The notes under the pieces were generated by a model, which was not told where the DNA came from, did not search any database, and worked only from the letters and a program-made list of their open reading frames with translations. A stretch of 64,000 nt of DNA from Clostridia bacterium (lineage in GTDB: Bacteria > Bacillota > Clostridia > UBA1212 > UBA1255), in assembly GCA_017560225.1 (NCBI GenBank), contig JAFYOJ010000191.1:3455-67454 (forward strand), given 5' to 3'. Made by a program: the position numbers and the translations under genes. Of the stretch, positions 28,009-37,221 are shown piece by piece. Within the stretch, counting starts at the first letter, position 1. Each line of letters begins with the position of its first letter.

Positions 28009-29265
28009 ATGAGCAAAGAAACGCTTCCAAAGGAAGATCAGAACAAGCAACCTAAGAAGATCAAGATCAAATCATACAAACTGACCGTAATGGATTATAT
28101 TACCATTGGTTTTACCGCAGTGATCGTTTTGATTATGATTTTCATTTTACTGCGCACCATCCGTCCCGACTGGTTCCAATTTATGAATCAAAGCAGTGGC
28201 CAGCCGTCGACTTCGGTAAGCAGTACACCGGCGCCGTCCACCCCGAAACTGACAGACGTGGGCAACACCTACGGAAACTTTTCCAACAATCCCTGCATCG
28301 CAGAAATTGACGATCGGTTGTATTTCGTTTCTGCGGGAGAAGATGCGACTCCTTATATTTATGTAAAGGTTGGAGAGGAAACCAAGAAATTAGTACAAAG
28401 CAATGCTTTTTGCTTGAATGCCATTTCGGATCCTTTCACCTACGCAAGTGACGCGAAGGCGTATGCGTACACCGTGTTCTTCTTGGATGCAGATGGGAAC
28501 ATCTGTTATTTCACCGATGGTCCTGTATATAGCGAAACACCTTTTACCGAAACACTCCCCGAGAAGAAAGTTTATAAAGAAGGGGACTATAAGACCATTG
28601 CAGTACGAGGCGAACTGTTGTTCTTTATTGACGGCGATGGCCACGTAGGCAAGATGTCCTTGATTGAAGAATCTTATACCGTGCTGAGCCAAGAGAGCTA
28701 CAAAGCACTTTGCGTATACGGCTCCAGTATTTTTGCCCAGCATGAGGACGGCTCCATCTATCTGTTATCTACGGTAGCGCGTCCCGCAAGTACTGCGACA
28801 CCCACTGCAGATCCGTCTGCAACACCTACCGCCACACCTTCCGCTACCGCAACTGCCACAGCAACGCCTGTGCCCGGTGTGGATGAGTACGAAACGGAAA
28901 TTCTTTCTGAAAGTGTAACCCACTTCTGCGTAGACGGTTCTTACCTTTATACTGTTTCTGACAGCGGTATCGTTCGTCGTTCCGGCGACGGCTCCATGAA
29001 AGATACGTTGAGTAAGCGGAAAGCACAATATATCAACGTATTGGACGGCAACATTTTTGTGGTTTCCGAAGGAACACTTTATGTGGGTACCGACAAGGAT
29101 TACTTAATGGGTACCGAAGTAGCCATCGGCAGCGTAACATCTTCCATCGGCATCAGCCTTGCCGAAGATGCGGTTTACGTATATGCCGGCGGATTGAAAG
29201 TTTCCACCTACGACAGTGAAACCGATGCGTACAGTGAATTGACGAAAGTGGCTTTGCCCGCATAA
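28009..29265 (+). CDS. Membrane-anchored protein with an extracytoplasmic beta-propeller-like repeat domain (DUF5050/PQQ-like).
   Basis: An N-terminal transmembrane segment (ITIGFTAVIVLIMIFILL) is followed by a Ser/Thr/Pro linker. Repeated blade-like segments occur (LYFVSAGED, ICYFTDGPVY, LLFFIDGDGHVG, YLYTVSDSGIVRR, NIFVVSEGTLYVG), plus a second Thr/Ala/Pro linker. Confidence 0.6.
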   Translation: MSKETLPKEDQNKQPKKIKIKSYKLTVMDYITIGFTAVIVLIMIFILLRTIRPDWFQFMNQSSGQPSTSVSSTPAPSTPKLTDVGNTYGNFSNNPCIAEIDDRLYFVSAGEDATPYIYVKVGEETKKLVQSNAFCLNAISDPFTYASDAKAYAYTVFFLDADGNICYFTDGPVYSETPFTETLPEKKVYKEGDYKTIAVRGELLFFIDGDGHVGKMSLIEESYTVLSQESYKALCVYGSSIFAQHEDGSIYLLSTVARPASTATPTADPSATPTATPSATATATATPVPGVDEYETEILSESVTHFCVDGSYLYTVSDSGIVRRSGDGSMKDTLSKRKAQYINVLDGNIFVVSEGTLYVGTDKDYLMGTEVAIGSVTSSIGISLAEDAVYVYAGGLKVSTYDSETDAYSELTKVALPA

Positions 29266-29293
29266 GCAGCATAAAGTTATAAACAAAGAATAC

Positions 29294-29329
29294 GGTGCCT
29301 CCCGAGAAACGGGAGACACCGTATTTTGT
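29294..29329. terminator. Bidirectional rho-independent terminator between convergent genes.
   Basis: The hairpin GGTGCCTCCCG-agaaa-CGGGAGACACC is flanked by an A-run upstream and a T-run downstream. Confidence 0.6.
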
Positions 29330-29343
29330 TTACCGCAAAACAA

Positions 29344-30273
29344 TTATAAACAATCAACAAACAGTGGCAGCATCAGAATCAGTACGAAAAGAGCAATTCC
29401 ACCAAACTGCACAAAGAAACCTGTCTTCGTAAAGCCTTTGCGACGGAATGCGATGGACAGTGCAAGGCACAAGATTGTTACGGAAGGAATGTTGTACGTA
29501 ATTTGATTCACCAGTTCCACGTCGCTTTCCACAAGGCCGAATAAGAAACAAACAATCGTGATAAACGGCACAGCCAGAAAGCCCACAAGGAAGTTCAGCA
29601 CAATGCCCACTCTATCCAATCCCCTGTACGAACAAGCCTTATCCTTGCGCACGAAAATCAAGCAAAGGACAAGGAACGCAAGAGAAATCATGACAAAGAT
29701 AAACAGATTGTCTGCTTCGTACCGAACACCCGAGAAGGAGAAACTGTTCTCAATGGGTTCTCCATAGGTAAAGTCCACAACTTTAAAACCAATGGACGCC
29801 AGAATTTCATCTTGGTTTTCTTCATTTAACGAAATGTCGTTCTTATAATCGTAATACTGGATATAGGGCGCTGCGTATGCAATATCCTCGTCGGCATAGA
29901 GATCCTCAAACAAAGGATCTCCCATAAAGTAACCGGACATCATATTAGGCTGAACAGAAAGCGACGTTTGCAGTTCCTCATTTTGGTCAATGATGTGCGG
30001 ATATTCCAAACCAGCCGGGTTATCGTACCGAACTTCCTCGTCCCAATATCGCTCATGCACACCATGAATGGTGGTAGAGCCGTCATACGTACATACGAAA
30101 ACACCTGAAAGGGTTTTGGTTTCGCCTTTGTATTCATACGTAATGGCGAAAGGGAATTCACCGGTTTCAATTGCCGGCTTTGTGGTGTAGCAACAAAATA
30201 CCGTTGCAACCGCATACGCAATCAGCGTAGCCACAAGGAAAATAATTGTAAGAGATATTTTTTTTGCTTTCAC
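29344..30273 (-). CDS. Hypothetical membrane protein with an N-terminal transmembrane segment, an extracytoplasmic domain of about 170 aa and about four C-terminal transmembrane segments.
   Basis: The start is GTG 30273 with AAGGAG 6 nt upstream. It is the last gene of the ABC/DUF1854/HAD/SdpI operon. Confidence 0.55.
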   Translation of the reverse strand: MKAKKISLTIIFLVATLIAYAVATVFCCYTTKPAIETGEFPFAITYEYKGETKTLSGVFVCTYDGSTTIHGVHERYWDEEVRYDNPAGLEYPHIIDQNEELQTSLSVQPNMMSGYFMGDPLFEDLYADEDIAYAAPYIQYYDYKNDISLNEENQDEILASIGFKVVDFTYGEPIENSFSFSGVRYEADNLFIFVMISLAFLVLCLIFVRKDKACSYRGLDRVGIVLNFLVGFLAVPFITIVCFLFGLVESDVELVNQITYNIPSVTILCLALSIAFRRKGFTKTGFFVQFGGIALFVLILMLPLFVDCL

Positions 30274-30298
30274 AATAGACTCCTTTTTATAAAAAATT

Positions 30299-30673
30299 TT
30301 ATCGTTTAGTACCATCTTCGCGAAATGTCTTTCGCAGTGCCCGTTCCGTCAACAAAACGGGGATAAACACAACAATAATTTGAACGAGCAGCAGGATCAT
30401 ACTGAGTACTTCCAACGTTTCTTCGGGGCTTTGGTAAAATGGAATGTGGGCAATCAGCGTAGGAACCGCAAGCGCCAGCCCCGTCTTCCAGCAAAATTTG
30501 CCGCAATAGGCTTGAGCAAATTTCCACGTGTCCATATTCTGCATAGAGCGAGCAGAACGATACCCCACAATGCCGTTGATTTGTTTAGGCGGATGCTTCC
30601 ACATCACGATGCCTGCAATCAACAACGTGACGGGAATCGCTAAATCGCAGAGAAATATAAACCAAAATCCCAT
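30299..30673 (-). CDS. SdpI/YhfL family membrane protein (immunity or signal-transduction type).
   Basis: The sequence MWKHPPKQINGIVGYRSARSMQNMDTWKFAQ fits the SdpI/YhfL signature (P..N..GYR..S..S...W) and has 3-4 transmembrane segments. Confidence 0.6.
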   Translation of the reverse strand: MGFWFIFLCDLAIPVTLLIAGIVMWKHPPKQINGIVGYRSARSMQNMDTWKFAQAYCGKFCWKTGLALAVPTLIAHIPFYQSPEETLEVLSMILLLVQIIVVFIPVLLTERALRKTFREDGTKR

Positions 30674-30682
30674 ATAAACTCC

Positions 30683-31519
30683 TTATCGAATCAACTCGTA
30701 TACGTCTTTAATGCTGTCGAACACGTAATCCGGTTTCTCAGATTCCGGCAAAGCGGCGATATCTGCCAGGGTCGCCTCTCCGGAGAGTACGCAAATGGAA
30801 TGGACCCCTGCATTCTTGGCGCACATAATGTCGGTGTGCAAACGGTCACCCATCACCGCAACTTCGCTGTGGTCAAGGCCCATCTTCTCCAAAACCATTT
30901 CCACCATACTGGGATTAGGCTTGCCTGCAACGAAAGATGGCTTCCGACCGGTAGCGCCTTCAATCATCAACATAAACGAACCGGCATCCGGAATAAAGCG
31001 TCCCTCTTTCATGGGACAAACCATATCCGGATGGGTTGCCCAATAAGGTACGCCGTCTGCTAAATAATCGCAGAAAACACAAAGACGGCTATATTCCAAC
31101 GTCGTATCAAAACCTAAGATTGCAAAATCTGGTCTACGGGCGGGATCCTGGGTATATTCTTCCACAATCTCAAAACCGGCTTCACGAAAAGCCGTGATCA
31201 GAGCCGGGGTCCCCAGTACCACTAAACGAGCGCCGGGCTTTACTTTGTTCAAATGGAAAATAGTGGCATTGACCGAAGTACAGAAATCGTCTTCTCCGGC
31301 AGCAATGCCTAATTTCGCTAATTTCTCCACATACGCCTGTGTATTTTTTGAAGAATTATTGGTGATATACACCGCCTTCTTCCCCTGCGCCTGCAAGGTC
31401 TCTAAGAAATCCAGCGTACCGTCGAACAAGGATGTGTCCAGATAAATGGTGCCATCCATATCCAGCAGGAAATATTTTACGCCTTTCAATGGCGTAGGAT
31501 CTTTCTGATTATGTTGCAT
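30683..31519 (-). CDS. HAD-IIA family hydrolase (NagD-like sugar-phosphatase).
   Basis: The motifs DMDGTIY, GKPNP and VMGDRLHTDI are present. The RBS is GGGAGGAGG. The start overlaps the end of the upstream ABC gene by 11 nt. Confidence 0.8.
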   Translation of the reverse strand: MQHNQKDPTPLKGVKYFLLDMDGTIYLDTSLFDGTLDFLETLQAQGKKAVYITNNSSKNTQAYVEKLAKLGIAAGEDDFCTSVNATIFHLNKVKPGARLVVLGTPALITAFREAGFEIVEEYTQDPARRPDFAILGFDTTLEYSRLCVFCDYLADGVPYWATHPDMVCPMKEGRFIPDAGSFMLMIEGATGRKPSFVAGKPNPSMVEMVLEKMGLDHSEVAVMGDRLHTDIMCAKNAGVHSICVLSGEATLADIAALPESEKPDYVFDSIKDVYELIR

Positions 31520-33692
31520 TTGATTTACCTCCTCCCATACGGGACATACTTCTTTGCGCCATCACTAAATCGTGATAAATACCTTTCTTCGCCAGCAGTT
31601 CTTCATGAGTGCCCGTTTCCGCAAGACCGCCTTTGTCCAACACAAAGATTCGTGTGGCATTCCGCAGGGTGGAAAGTCTGTGGGCAATGGCAATAGTCGT
31701 TCTGTCTTGAATTAACAACTGAAGCGCCTCTTGAATCTGTTTCTCCGTTTCCGTATCCAAAGACGCCGTAGCTTCATCCAAAATCAAAATTTTCGGATCT
31801 CGCAATAGTGCTCTTGCAATGGCAATTCGTTGCCGTTCACCGCCGGATAACGTCTGGCCTTTCTCCCCCACTCTGGTTTGATAACCCTGAGGCAGTTTAC
31901 AAATAAACTCATGGGCGCCTGCAATCTTGGCACTGCGAATAATTTCATCTCGCGTAGCCGTTGGTTTTGCATACAGCAAATTATCATACACTGTTCCTGC
32001 AAACAAGAAAGTTTCCTGCAGTACAGCACCCACTTGGGAACGGATGGATTCTTGGGAAATAGAGCGAATGTCCTTGCCGTCAATGTAAATGGCGCCTTCC
32101 GTCACGTCATATAAACGCATCACCAAGTTAATCAACGTAGATTTACCTACGCCGGAATGACCCACCAAACCAATCATCTCGCCGGGATGAATTTCAAAAG
32201 AAATATCCTTCAGCACTTCCATGGTCTTATCATAACCGAAAGAAACGTGATCAAACGTAATAGTTCCTTGAATATCCAGATCCACAGCCGCTTCCGTGTC
32301 TGCCACCTCCGGTGTTTCATCCAGCACGTCGAACAAACGAACCAATGCCGTTACAGCCCGTGCCAGTACCGTAGGAATTTGTGTAAGCCACCGAATAGGA
32401 CCATAAATAAAGGACACGTACGCCGTAAACATGGTAGCTTCACCCACGGTCATCTCGCCACCTAATATTCTCTTACCGGTATAGTACAACAAGAAATACG
32501 TACCCAGCGTCAAGGAGAAACGAATAAACGGCGATACTTTCGCCCAGAAAACCTCGTTCCGCACAGCAATCTGCCGTTCTTCGCCCGCCGCTTTTGCGTA
32601 TCGATCCGACTCCCTTGCTTCCGTGCCGTAAGACTTTACCACACGAATGCCGGAGAAAATATCAAACAATACGTTTCCCGCTCGGCTACCTGCCCGCCAT
32701 TGTTGCCCGTAGAGTTTCCGCACTTTATGATGGAAGCCACGCATAGCCGCCATAGCAATGGGCATAGGTAATACCACAATTAAAAACAGTCGCCAGTCAT
32801 AAACCAGCATCACACTGCCGATGGCAATCAGAGAAAGCAACTGACCAAATACATTGGGAATTTCATAGACAATGAAATTCTGCACATCCTGGGTATCCTG
32901 GCCTACGCGCTGAATCAATTCTCCGGCCGTTCTGCGGGAAATTTGAGAAAGAGACATCCCGTGAACTTTCGCAAAAACATCATCCCGAAGGCGTACGGAA
33001 ATCCGCACGGCCGCTTCCATAATGGTAATATTACGAAGCACGCAGACGCCCTCATTCAGCAAATTGACACCCAACATCGCCAGCAACACAGAGACAAATC
33101 CAACCGCCACCTTGCCGGGTGTGGATAGAATAAGCGATTGCATTTCTGCATTACGGATATAATCATCCACCAAAATCTTACTGACATAAGGCCCCAGCAA
33201 ACCAATGGCCGCTGTAATAAAGAAAAAGAATACGGATCCGAATAAATATTTCTTATAAGGCAAAGCCAACTGCACAAAACGAACAAATATTTTCTTTTTG
33301 TCCACGCATTTCATACAAACGCCGTCGGGCCGAGGTAATTTCGCCCCGCACTTGGGACATTTCATATTGTTCGCCGCCTGTAAATCCTCGGGAAAATCCC
33401 CATTCTTCTTATACAGATTCAACTGGCGTACCGCTTCTGCAAACAAATTGCGACATTCCATGGTGCCACGGCACAAAATCCGGGCTTTCCCCTCCAAATC
33501 GGTGTACTCTAAAGAAACACTGCCATTTTCCCCCCGCAACAAGAATGCCTGCACCTGAGAGAAAGGGAGCGTACGTACACACGCATCTTCTTCGTAGCAC
33601 ATCAAAACGTCCCGGGTCACATCCACCCGGCCATTGCAAAAGGCGCCGCTCAGGGTCAGGTTATATTGAATTTCATTCCCTGCCTTCTTCAA
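31509..33692 (-). CDS. ABC exporter half-transporter (TMD-NBD) with an N-terminal cytoplasmic PH-like domain plus CxxC...CxxC zinc-ribbon extension of about 150 aa.
   Basis: The Walker A motif GHSGVGKST, LSGGERQR and six transmembrane segments are present. The N-terminal extension contains CPKCGAKLPRPDGVCMKC. The start is TTG after AAGGAGG. Confidence 0.85.
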   Translation of the reverse strand: MKKAGNEIQYNLTLSGAFCNGRVDVTRDVLMCYEEDACVRTLPFSQVQAFLLRGENGSVSLEYTDLEGKARILCRGTMECRNLFAEAVRQLNLYKKNGDFPEDLQAANNMKCPKCGAKLPRPDGVCMKCVDKKKIFVRFVQLALPYKKYLFGSVFFFFITAAIGLLGPYVSKILVDDYIRNAEMQSLILSTPGKVAVGFVSVLLAMLGVNLLNEGVCVLRNITIMEAAVRISVRLRDDVFAKVHGMSLSQISRRTAGELIQRVGQDTQDVQNFIVYEIPNVFGQLLSLIAIGSVMLVYDWRLFLIVVLPMPIAMAAMRGFHHKVRKLYGQQWRAGSRAGNVLFDIFSGIRVVKSYGTEARESDRYAKAAGEERQIAVRNEVFWAKVSPFIRFSLTLGTYFLLYYTGKRILGGEMTVGEATMFTAYVSFIYGPIRWLTQIPTVLARAVTALVRLFDVLDETPEVADTEAAVDLDIQGTITFDHVSFGYDKTMEVLKDISFEIHPGEMIGLVGHSGVGKSTLINLVMRLYDVTEGAIYIDGKDIRSISQESIRSQVGAVLQETFLFAGTVYDNLLYAKPTATRDEIIRSAKIAGAHEFICKLPQGYQTRVGEKGQTLSGGERQRIAIARALLRDPKILILDEATASLDTETEKQIQEALQLLIQDRTTIAIAHRLSTLRNATRIFVLDKGGLAETGTHEELLAKKGIYHDLVMAQRSMSRMGGGKSNAT

Positions 33693-33704
33693 GACGCAGC
33701 CTCC

Positions 33705-34223
33705 TTACAAATACAATTCCAAGTGGCGATAACTTCTATGGGGAAGTGCATCCACACTCTTAATTTCATACACATTGCCGTCCACATCATAAATCAACAA
33801 ATGATCGGACGTGATTTTGGTAATGGCACGGTAGGTATCCTGCACAGAGAACGTTTTCTTGCCGCTTGCCAGCGTCACTTCCCAGTGAGTGAAGCCGTAC
33901 CGCTCTTTAATCTTCTCAATGGACAAAATCTCCCGGGTAAAATATTTTCTTGCCAACTCCAATCGGCACGCCTCCCGGCTTTCTTCCGAAAGATCCTGCA
34001 AATCCCGAATCATGCCCAATTCTTTCAAATCACAATCGGTAACGGAAATATGGGTTTCCGGTTCATCAAAGGGAAAGCACCGACTGAGCAGTACCCGATC
34101 ATAATGGGTGCCGTCCAAATCCATAGACAAGAAACCCTCTTCCTCTTTGAAAGAAGCATTTGCTTGATTCAGCCAAATTAAATCCACAATACCGGACAAT
34201 CCGTCTTTCTTCTGCTCGTTCAT
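33705..34223 (-). CDS. DUF1854-like protein (tentative), encoded between the two ABC half-transporter genes.
   Basis: The 172-aa soluble protein is sandwiched between two ABC genes with 4-12 nt gaps, the typical DUF1854 context. The RBS is GGAGGAG. The family assignment comes from context and size, not from a search. Confidence 0.45.
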   Translation of the reverse strand: MNEQKKDGLSGIVDLIWLNQANASFKEEEGFLSMDLDGTHYDRVLLSRCFPFDEPETHISVTDCDLKELGMIRDLQDLSEESREACRLELARKYFTREILSIEKIKERYGFTHWEVTLASGKKTFSVQDTYRAITKITSDHLLIYDVDGNVYEIKSVDALPHRSYRHLELYL

Positions 34224-34227
34224 CTGC

Positions 34228-36441
34228 TTACTCCTCCACACCGATATTCTTCAATGCACTTAACTGCAGTTGATATAACCGGTAATAAATTCCTTTTTGC
34301 TTCAAAAGCTCTACGTGGGTGCCTGTTTCCGGCATTTTACCCTTCTCAATGACAATCAAACTATCTGCATTCCGCAAGGTGGAAAGCCGGTGGGCAATCA
34401 TAATCGTGGTACGATTCTCCGAAAGCCGCTCCAGCGCCTCCTGAATGGTTCGCTCTGTAGCCGTATCCATGGCCGCCGTTGCCTCATCCAAAATCAAAAT
34501 CTTGGGATTCTTCAAAATAGCGCGGGCAATGGAAACGCGTTGCCGCTCACCGCCGGACAAATCCTGATATCCAAAGCCAATCTTGGTCTGGTACCCATTG
34601 GGCAGTCGCATAATAAAATCATGGGCACCGGCAATACGCGCCGCATGAATCACGTCTTCTTTGGACGCTTCCGGATTGGCATAGGCAATATTCTCCAGCA
34701 CCGTACCGGCAAACAAATACGTCTCTTGGGATACAATGGAAACACAGCGTCTTAAATCCTCAAAGGCCATATCCTTAACATTCATGCCGTCAATATAAAT
34801 GCCGCCGGAATCTACGTCGTACAGACGAATCAAGAGGTTGGCCAAAGTGCTTTTCCCCGCACCGGAATGTCCCACAATACCCAAACTGTGTCCCGCCTCA
34901 ATCTTGAAAGAAATTCCCTCCAACGTCTTTCGACCTTTCTCATAGGAGAAATCCACGTTCCGAAATTCTACTTCGCCTCGAATTTCAGGCATCGCCACAG
35001 GATGCTCCGACTCCAGCACATCGGGAGAGGCATCTGCAATTTCAAACAACCGTTGCATACCGTTCACACAGCGGGTAAAAGCATCGGACATATTCACAAA
35101 ACTGAACATGGGTCCGTTTAAAATGCCTACGTAAGAAATAAATACCATCAGCGTACCGTATGTAATCTGCCCTTTCATGGCCATCCAACCGCCTACACTC
35201 CACACAATGAGGGTAGAGAGATAAATCAGCAAATTTAATCCGGGGAAGCGGGTATTGTGATAATAGGTGATTTTCTTGGTCATCTCCGACGCTTGCTCGG
35301 AATAGTGATTGAAGCGGTGGGTTTCCTCCTTCTCTCTGGCAAAGGCCTTAACCACGCGAACGCCGTTCAAAGAATCGGACAGCACACTGTTCATAGACCG
35401 ATTGCGTGCGTAGCTTCTGGCGTGCAGCCACCGTTGGTGTTTGATTACGCGCGCTACGGCATACAGGTAAAATGGCAGCGGAAGGAGAGACACGATTGCC
35501 AGCGGTATGTCAATGGCCATCATCAAAATGAATACCGCCACCACTTGAATAATGCTGGAGAAGAACGTGGGGAAACCGTTGACAAAGAACCAATAAATCC
35601 CGTTGGAGTCACTGTTGATCTGTGTCATTAAACCGCCGGTCTGCCGGCCTGTAAAGAAGCGCATGGACAGACGGCGAATACTGTCGAAAATGGTACACTT
35701 TAAATCATAAATAATCTTGGCCGATACTTTGGCCGTAATAATATCACTGAACATAGTAAGCAAGATGGTAACGATTTGTGTCGTCAGCATCAAGGTCACT
35801 ACAAACAAAAGGTCACCGTAGAAGGTACCTCGAATATCCAACACCTGATCATAGAAGAAAGACGTGGATAAATAAGGAGATACAATGCCCAGTACACTGG
35901 TAATGGCCATAGCCGCTAAAGCAAGCGCAATCTGGCCCTTGAATTTCTTGGCCAATGTTAAGAATCGACCCACGATACTGGCTTTATCCATACAATCCGG
36001 ACATACTTTTCGGTTGGGGTCCGGATATCGGCGATGACATTTCGGGCAGAATTGTTCCTGCCGAAAGTCTTTCTCGTCTACCGTAATTTCCCCTTTATCC
36101 ATCTGCATATGGAGATACTTCACAAACAGTCTGCATTCTTGTTTGCGACTGTTGGTCATCGTGGCCAACACCCGTTTCTTTCCTTGGTATTCTGCCACCA
36201 AAGCACAGGTACCGATTTTCTCCTCGATGGTCGGCTTTTGCAAGTCCGTCAATGCATAGGTTTTGGTTTGTTTGCCATCCGAAATGAACAAGTTTTCTTT
36301 CGTAGCAACCAGCACAGTTTCCTGCTCGTCATAGCGCGCATTCAAATCCGCCAGAGCAAACAGTACAATATCCTCCGGGTTCAATGCTAAAGTATTTATA
36401 ATTTTCTCTGCACCTTCCGTGCGCTGGGATAACGTTAGCAT
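34228..36441 (-). CDS. ABC exporter half-transporter paralogue with the same N-terminal PH-like plus zinc-ribbon extension. It is the likely heterodimer partner.
   Basis: The Walker A motif GHSGAGKST and LSGGERQR are present. The N-terminal extension contains CPKCHRRYPDPNRKVCPDC. The start was chosen at ATG 36441 (MLTLSQ). The alternative ATG at 36501 cannot be excluded. Confidence 0.8.
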   Translation of the reverse strand: MLTLSQRTEGAEKIINTLALNPEDIVLFALADLNARYDEQETVLVATKENLFISDGKQTKTYALTDLQKPTIEEKIGTCALVAEYQGKKRVLATMTNSRKQECRLFVKYLHMQMDKGEITVDEKDFRQEQFCPKCHRRYPDPNRKVCPDCMDKASIVGRFLTLAKKFKGQIALALAAMAITSVLGIVSPYLSTSFFYDQVLDIRGTFYGDLLFVVTLMLTTQIVTILLTMFSDIITAKVSAKIIYDLKCTIFDSIRRLSMRFFTGRQTGGLMTQINSDSNGIYWFFVNGFPTFFSSIIQVVAVFILMMAIDIPLAIVSLLPLPFYLYAVARVIKHQRWLHARSYARNRSMNSVLSDSLNGVRVVKAFAREKEETHRFNHYSEQASEMTKKITYYHNTRFPGLNLLIYLSTLIVWSVGGWMAMKGQITYGTLMVFISYVGILNGPMFSFVNMSDAFTRCVNGMQRLFEIADASPDVLESEHPVAMPEIRGEVEFRNVDFSYEKGRKTLEGISFKIEAGHSLGIVGHSGAGKSTLANLLIRLYDVDSGGIYIDGMNVKDMAFEDLRRCVSIVSQETYLFAGTVLENIAYANPEASKEDVIHAARIAGAHDFIMRLPNGYQTKIGFGYQDLSGGERQRVSIARAILKNPKILILDEATAAMDTATERTIQEALERLSENRTTIMIAHRLSTLRNADSLIVIEKGKMPETGTHVELLKQKGIYYRLYQLQLSALKNIGVEE

Positions 36442-36460
36442 CCTTCCATTCTTTCCTTCT

Positions 36461-36937
36461 TTATTCTTCAGCAATCCGGCTGTACGTAATGGACAGCACA
36501 ATGCCTTCTTCGTCTACCAAAAACGTAAGTGCGGTGTCTTGCTTAACATAAGTCATCTGACCTTGTTCTTCCGTAAAGTCCGCGCCATACGTTTCTATAA
36601 CTTTCTCACGCCCGTCGCCAATAGAAACACCTTCCTCTGTTCCAACCGCATTGCTGCGAAGAACAATGGTGGTAATTTCTTCTCCATCACCCTTTTGCGC
36701 AGTTATAACAAAAAAGTGGGCATACAGATATTGGACAAGGTGTGCGTCCTCGGCAATTCGATTTTCATAGGCGCCAAAAACGTCTTGTGCATCCCCAAAA
36801 GCAGTGCCAATCCGCACACCTTGGAATGCATAATAAGGACTTTCTTCCGGGGTGCCGGTCCGTTCCTGGCATCCACTAAAAAAACACATAGTGCATAGCA
36901 ACAGAATCGTGCAAATCACCATCTTCCCTTTGCCCAT
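36461..36937 (-). CDS. Hypothetical lipoprotein.
   Basis: The N-terminus MGKGKMVICTILLLCTMCFFSGC has a lipobox. The RBS is AAAGGAGGG. The upstream in-frame extension in the track (to 37072) is not supported. Confidence 0.6.
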   Translation of the reverse strand: MGKGKMVICTILLLCTMCFFSGCQERTGTPEESPYYAFQGVRIGTAFGDAQDVFGAYENRIAEDAHLVQYLYAHFFVITAQKGDGEEITTIVLRSNAVGTEEGVSIGDGREKVIETYGADFTEEQGQMTYVKQDTALTFLVDEEGIVLSITYSRIAEE

Positions 36938-36973
36938 AAAAACCCTCCTTTGCCCATAAAAACACACATTGTT

Positions 36974-37002
36974 ATGATAATTTATTTCCCTCATACTGTC
37001 AA
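36974..37002 (-). promoter_or_regulatory. Sigma-A-type promoter for the lipoprotein/ABC operon.
   Basis: The minus strand reads TTGACA, a 17-nt spacer, then TATCAT. Confidence 0.45.
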
Positions 37003-37030
37003 GAAATATTGATAGAAGCTGTCCTATTAC

Positions 37031-37060
37031 ACCATAAAAAAATGGATGCCCGGCATCCAT
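37031..37060 (-). terminator. Rho-independent terminator of the feoAB operon.
   Basis: A 9-bp stem AATGGATGC-ccg-GCATCCATT is followed on the minus strand by TTTTTTATGG. Confidence 0.6.
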
Positions 37061-37071
37061 TTTCCAAACCA

Positions 37072-37218
37072 CTATCGTTTACATTTACAAGAAGCACAAT
37101 CCTTTGCGTGAGGACAACCGATGCATTTTACCCCACGCCGTTTAGAACGAATGACGTAGAACAACGCACCCCCTACAATCAACAGCACAATGCCGATCAC
37201 CGCTATCGTTTCCCACAT
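37072..37218 (-). CDS. FeoB-associated Cys-rich membrane protein (48 aa).
   Basis: The ORF is below the ORF-track size cutoff. The product MWETIAVIGIVLLIVGGALFYVIRSKRRGVKCIGCPHAKDCASCKCKR has one transmembrane segment and a Cys-rich tail. The RBS GGAGGG lies 8 nt upstream, inside the feoB 3' end. The gene starts 3 nt after the feoB stop. Confidence 0.7.
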   Translation of the reverse strand: MWETIAVIGIVLLIVGGALFYVIRSKRRGVKCIGCPHAKDCASCKCKR

Positions 37219-37221
37219 AAG

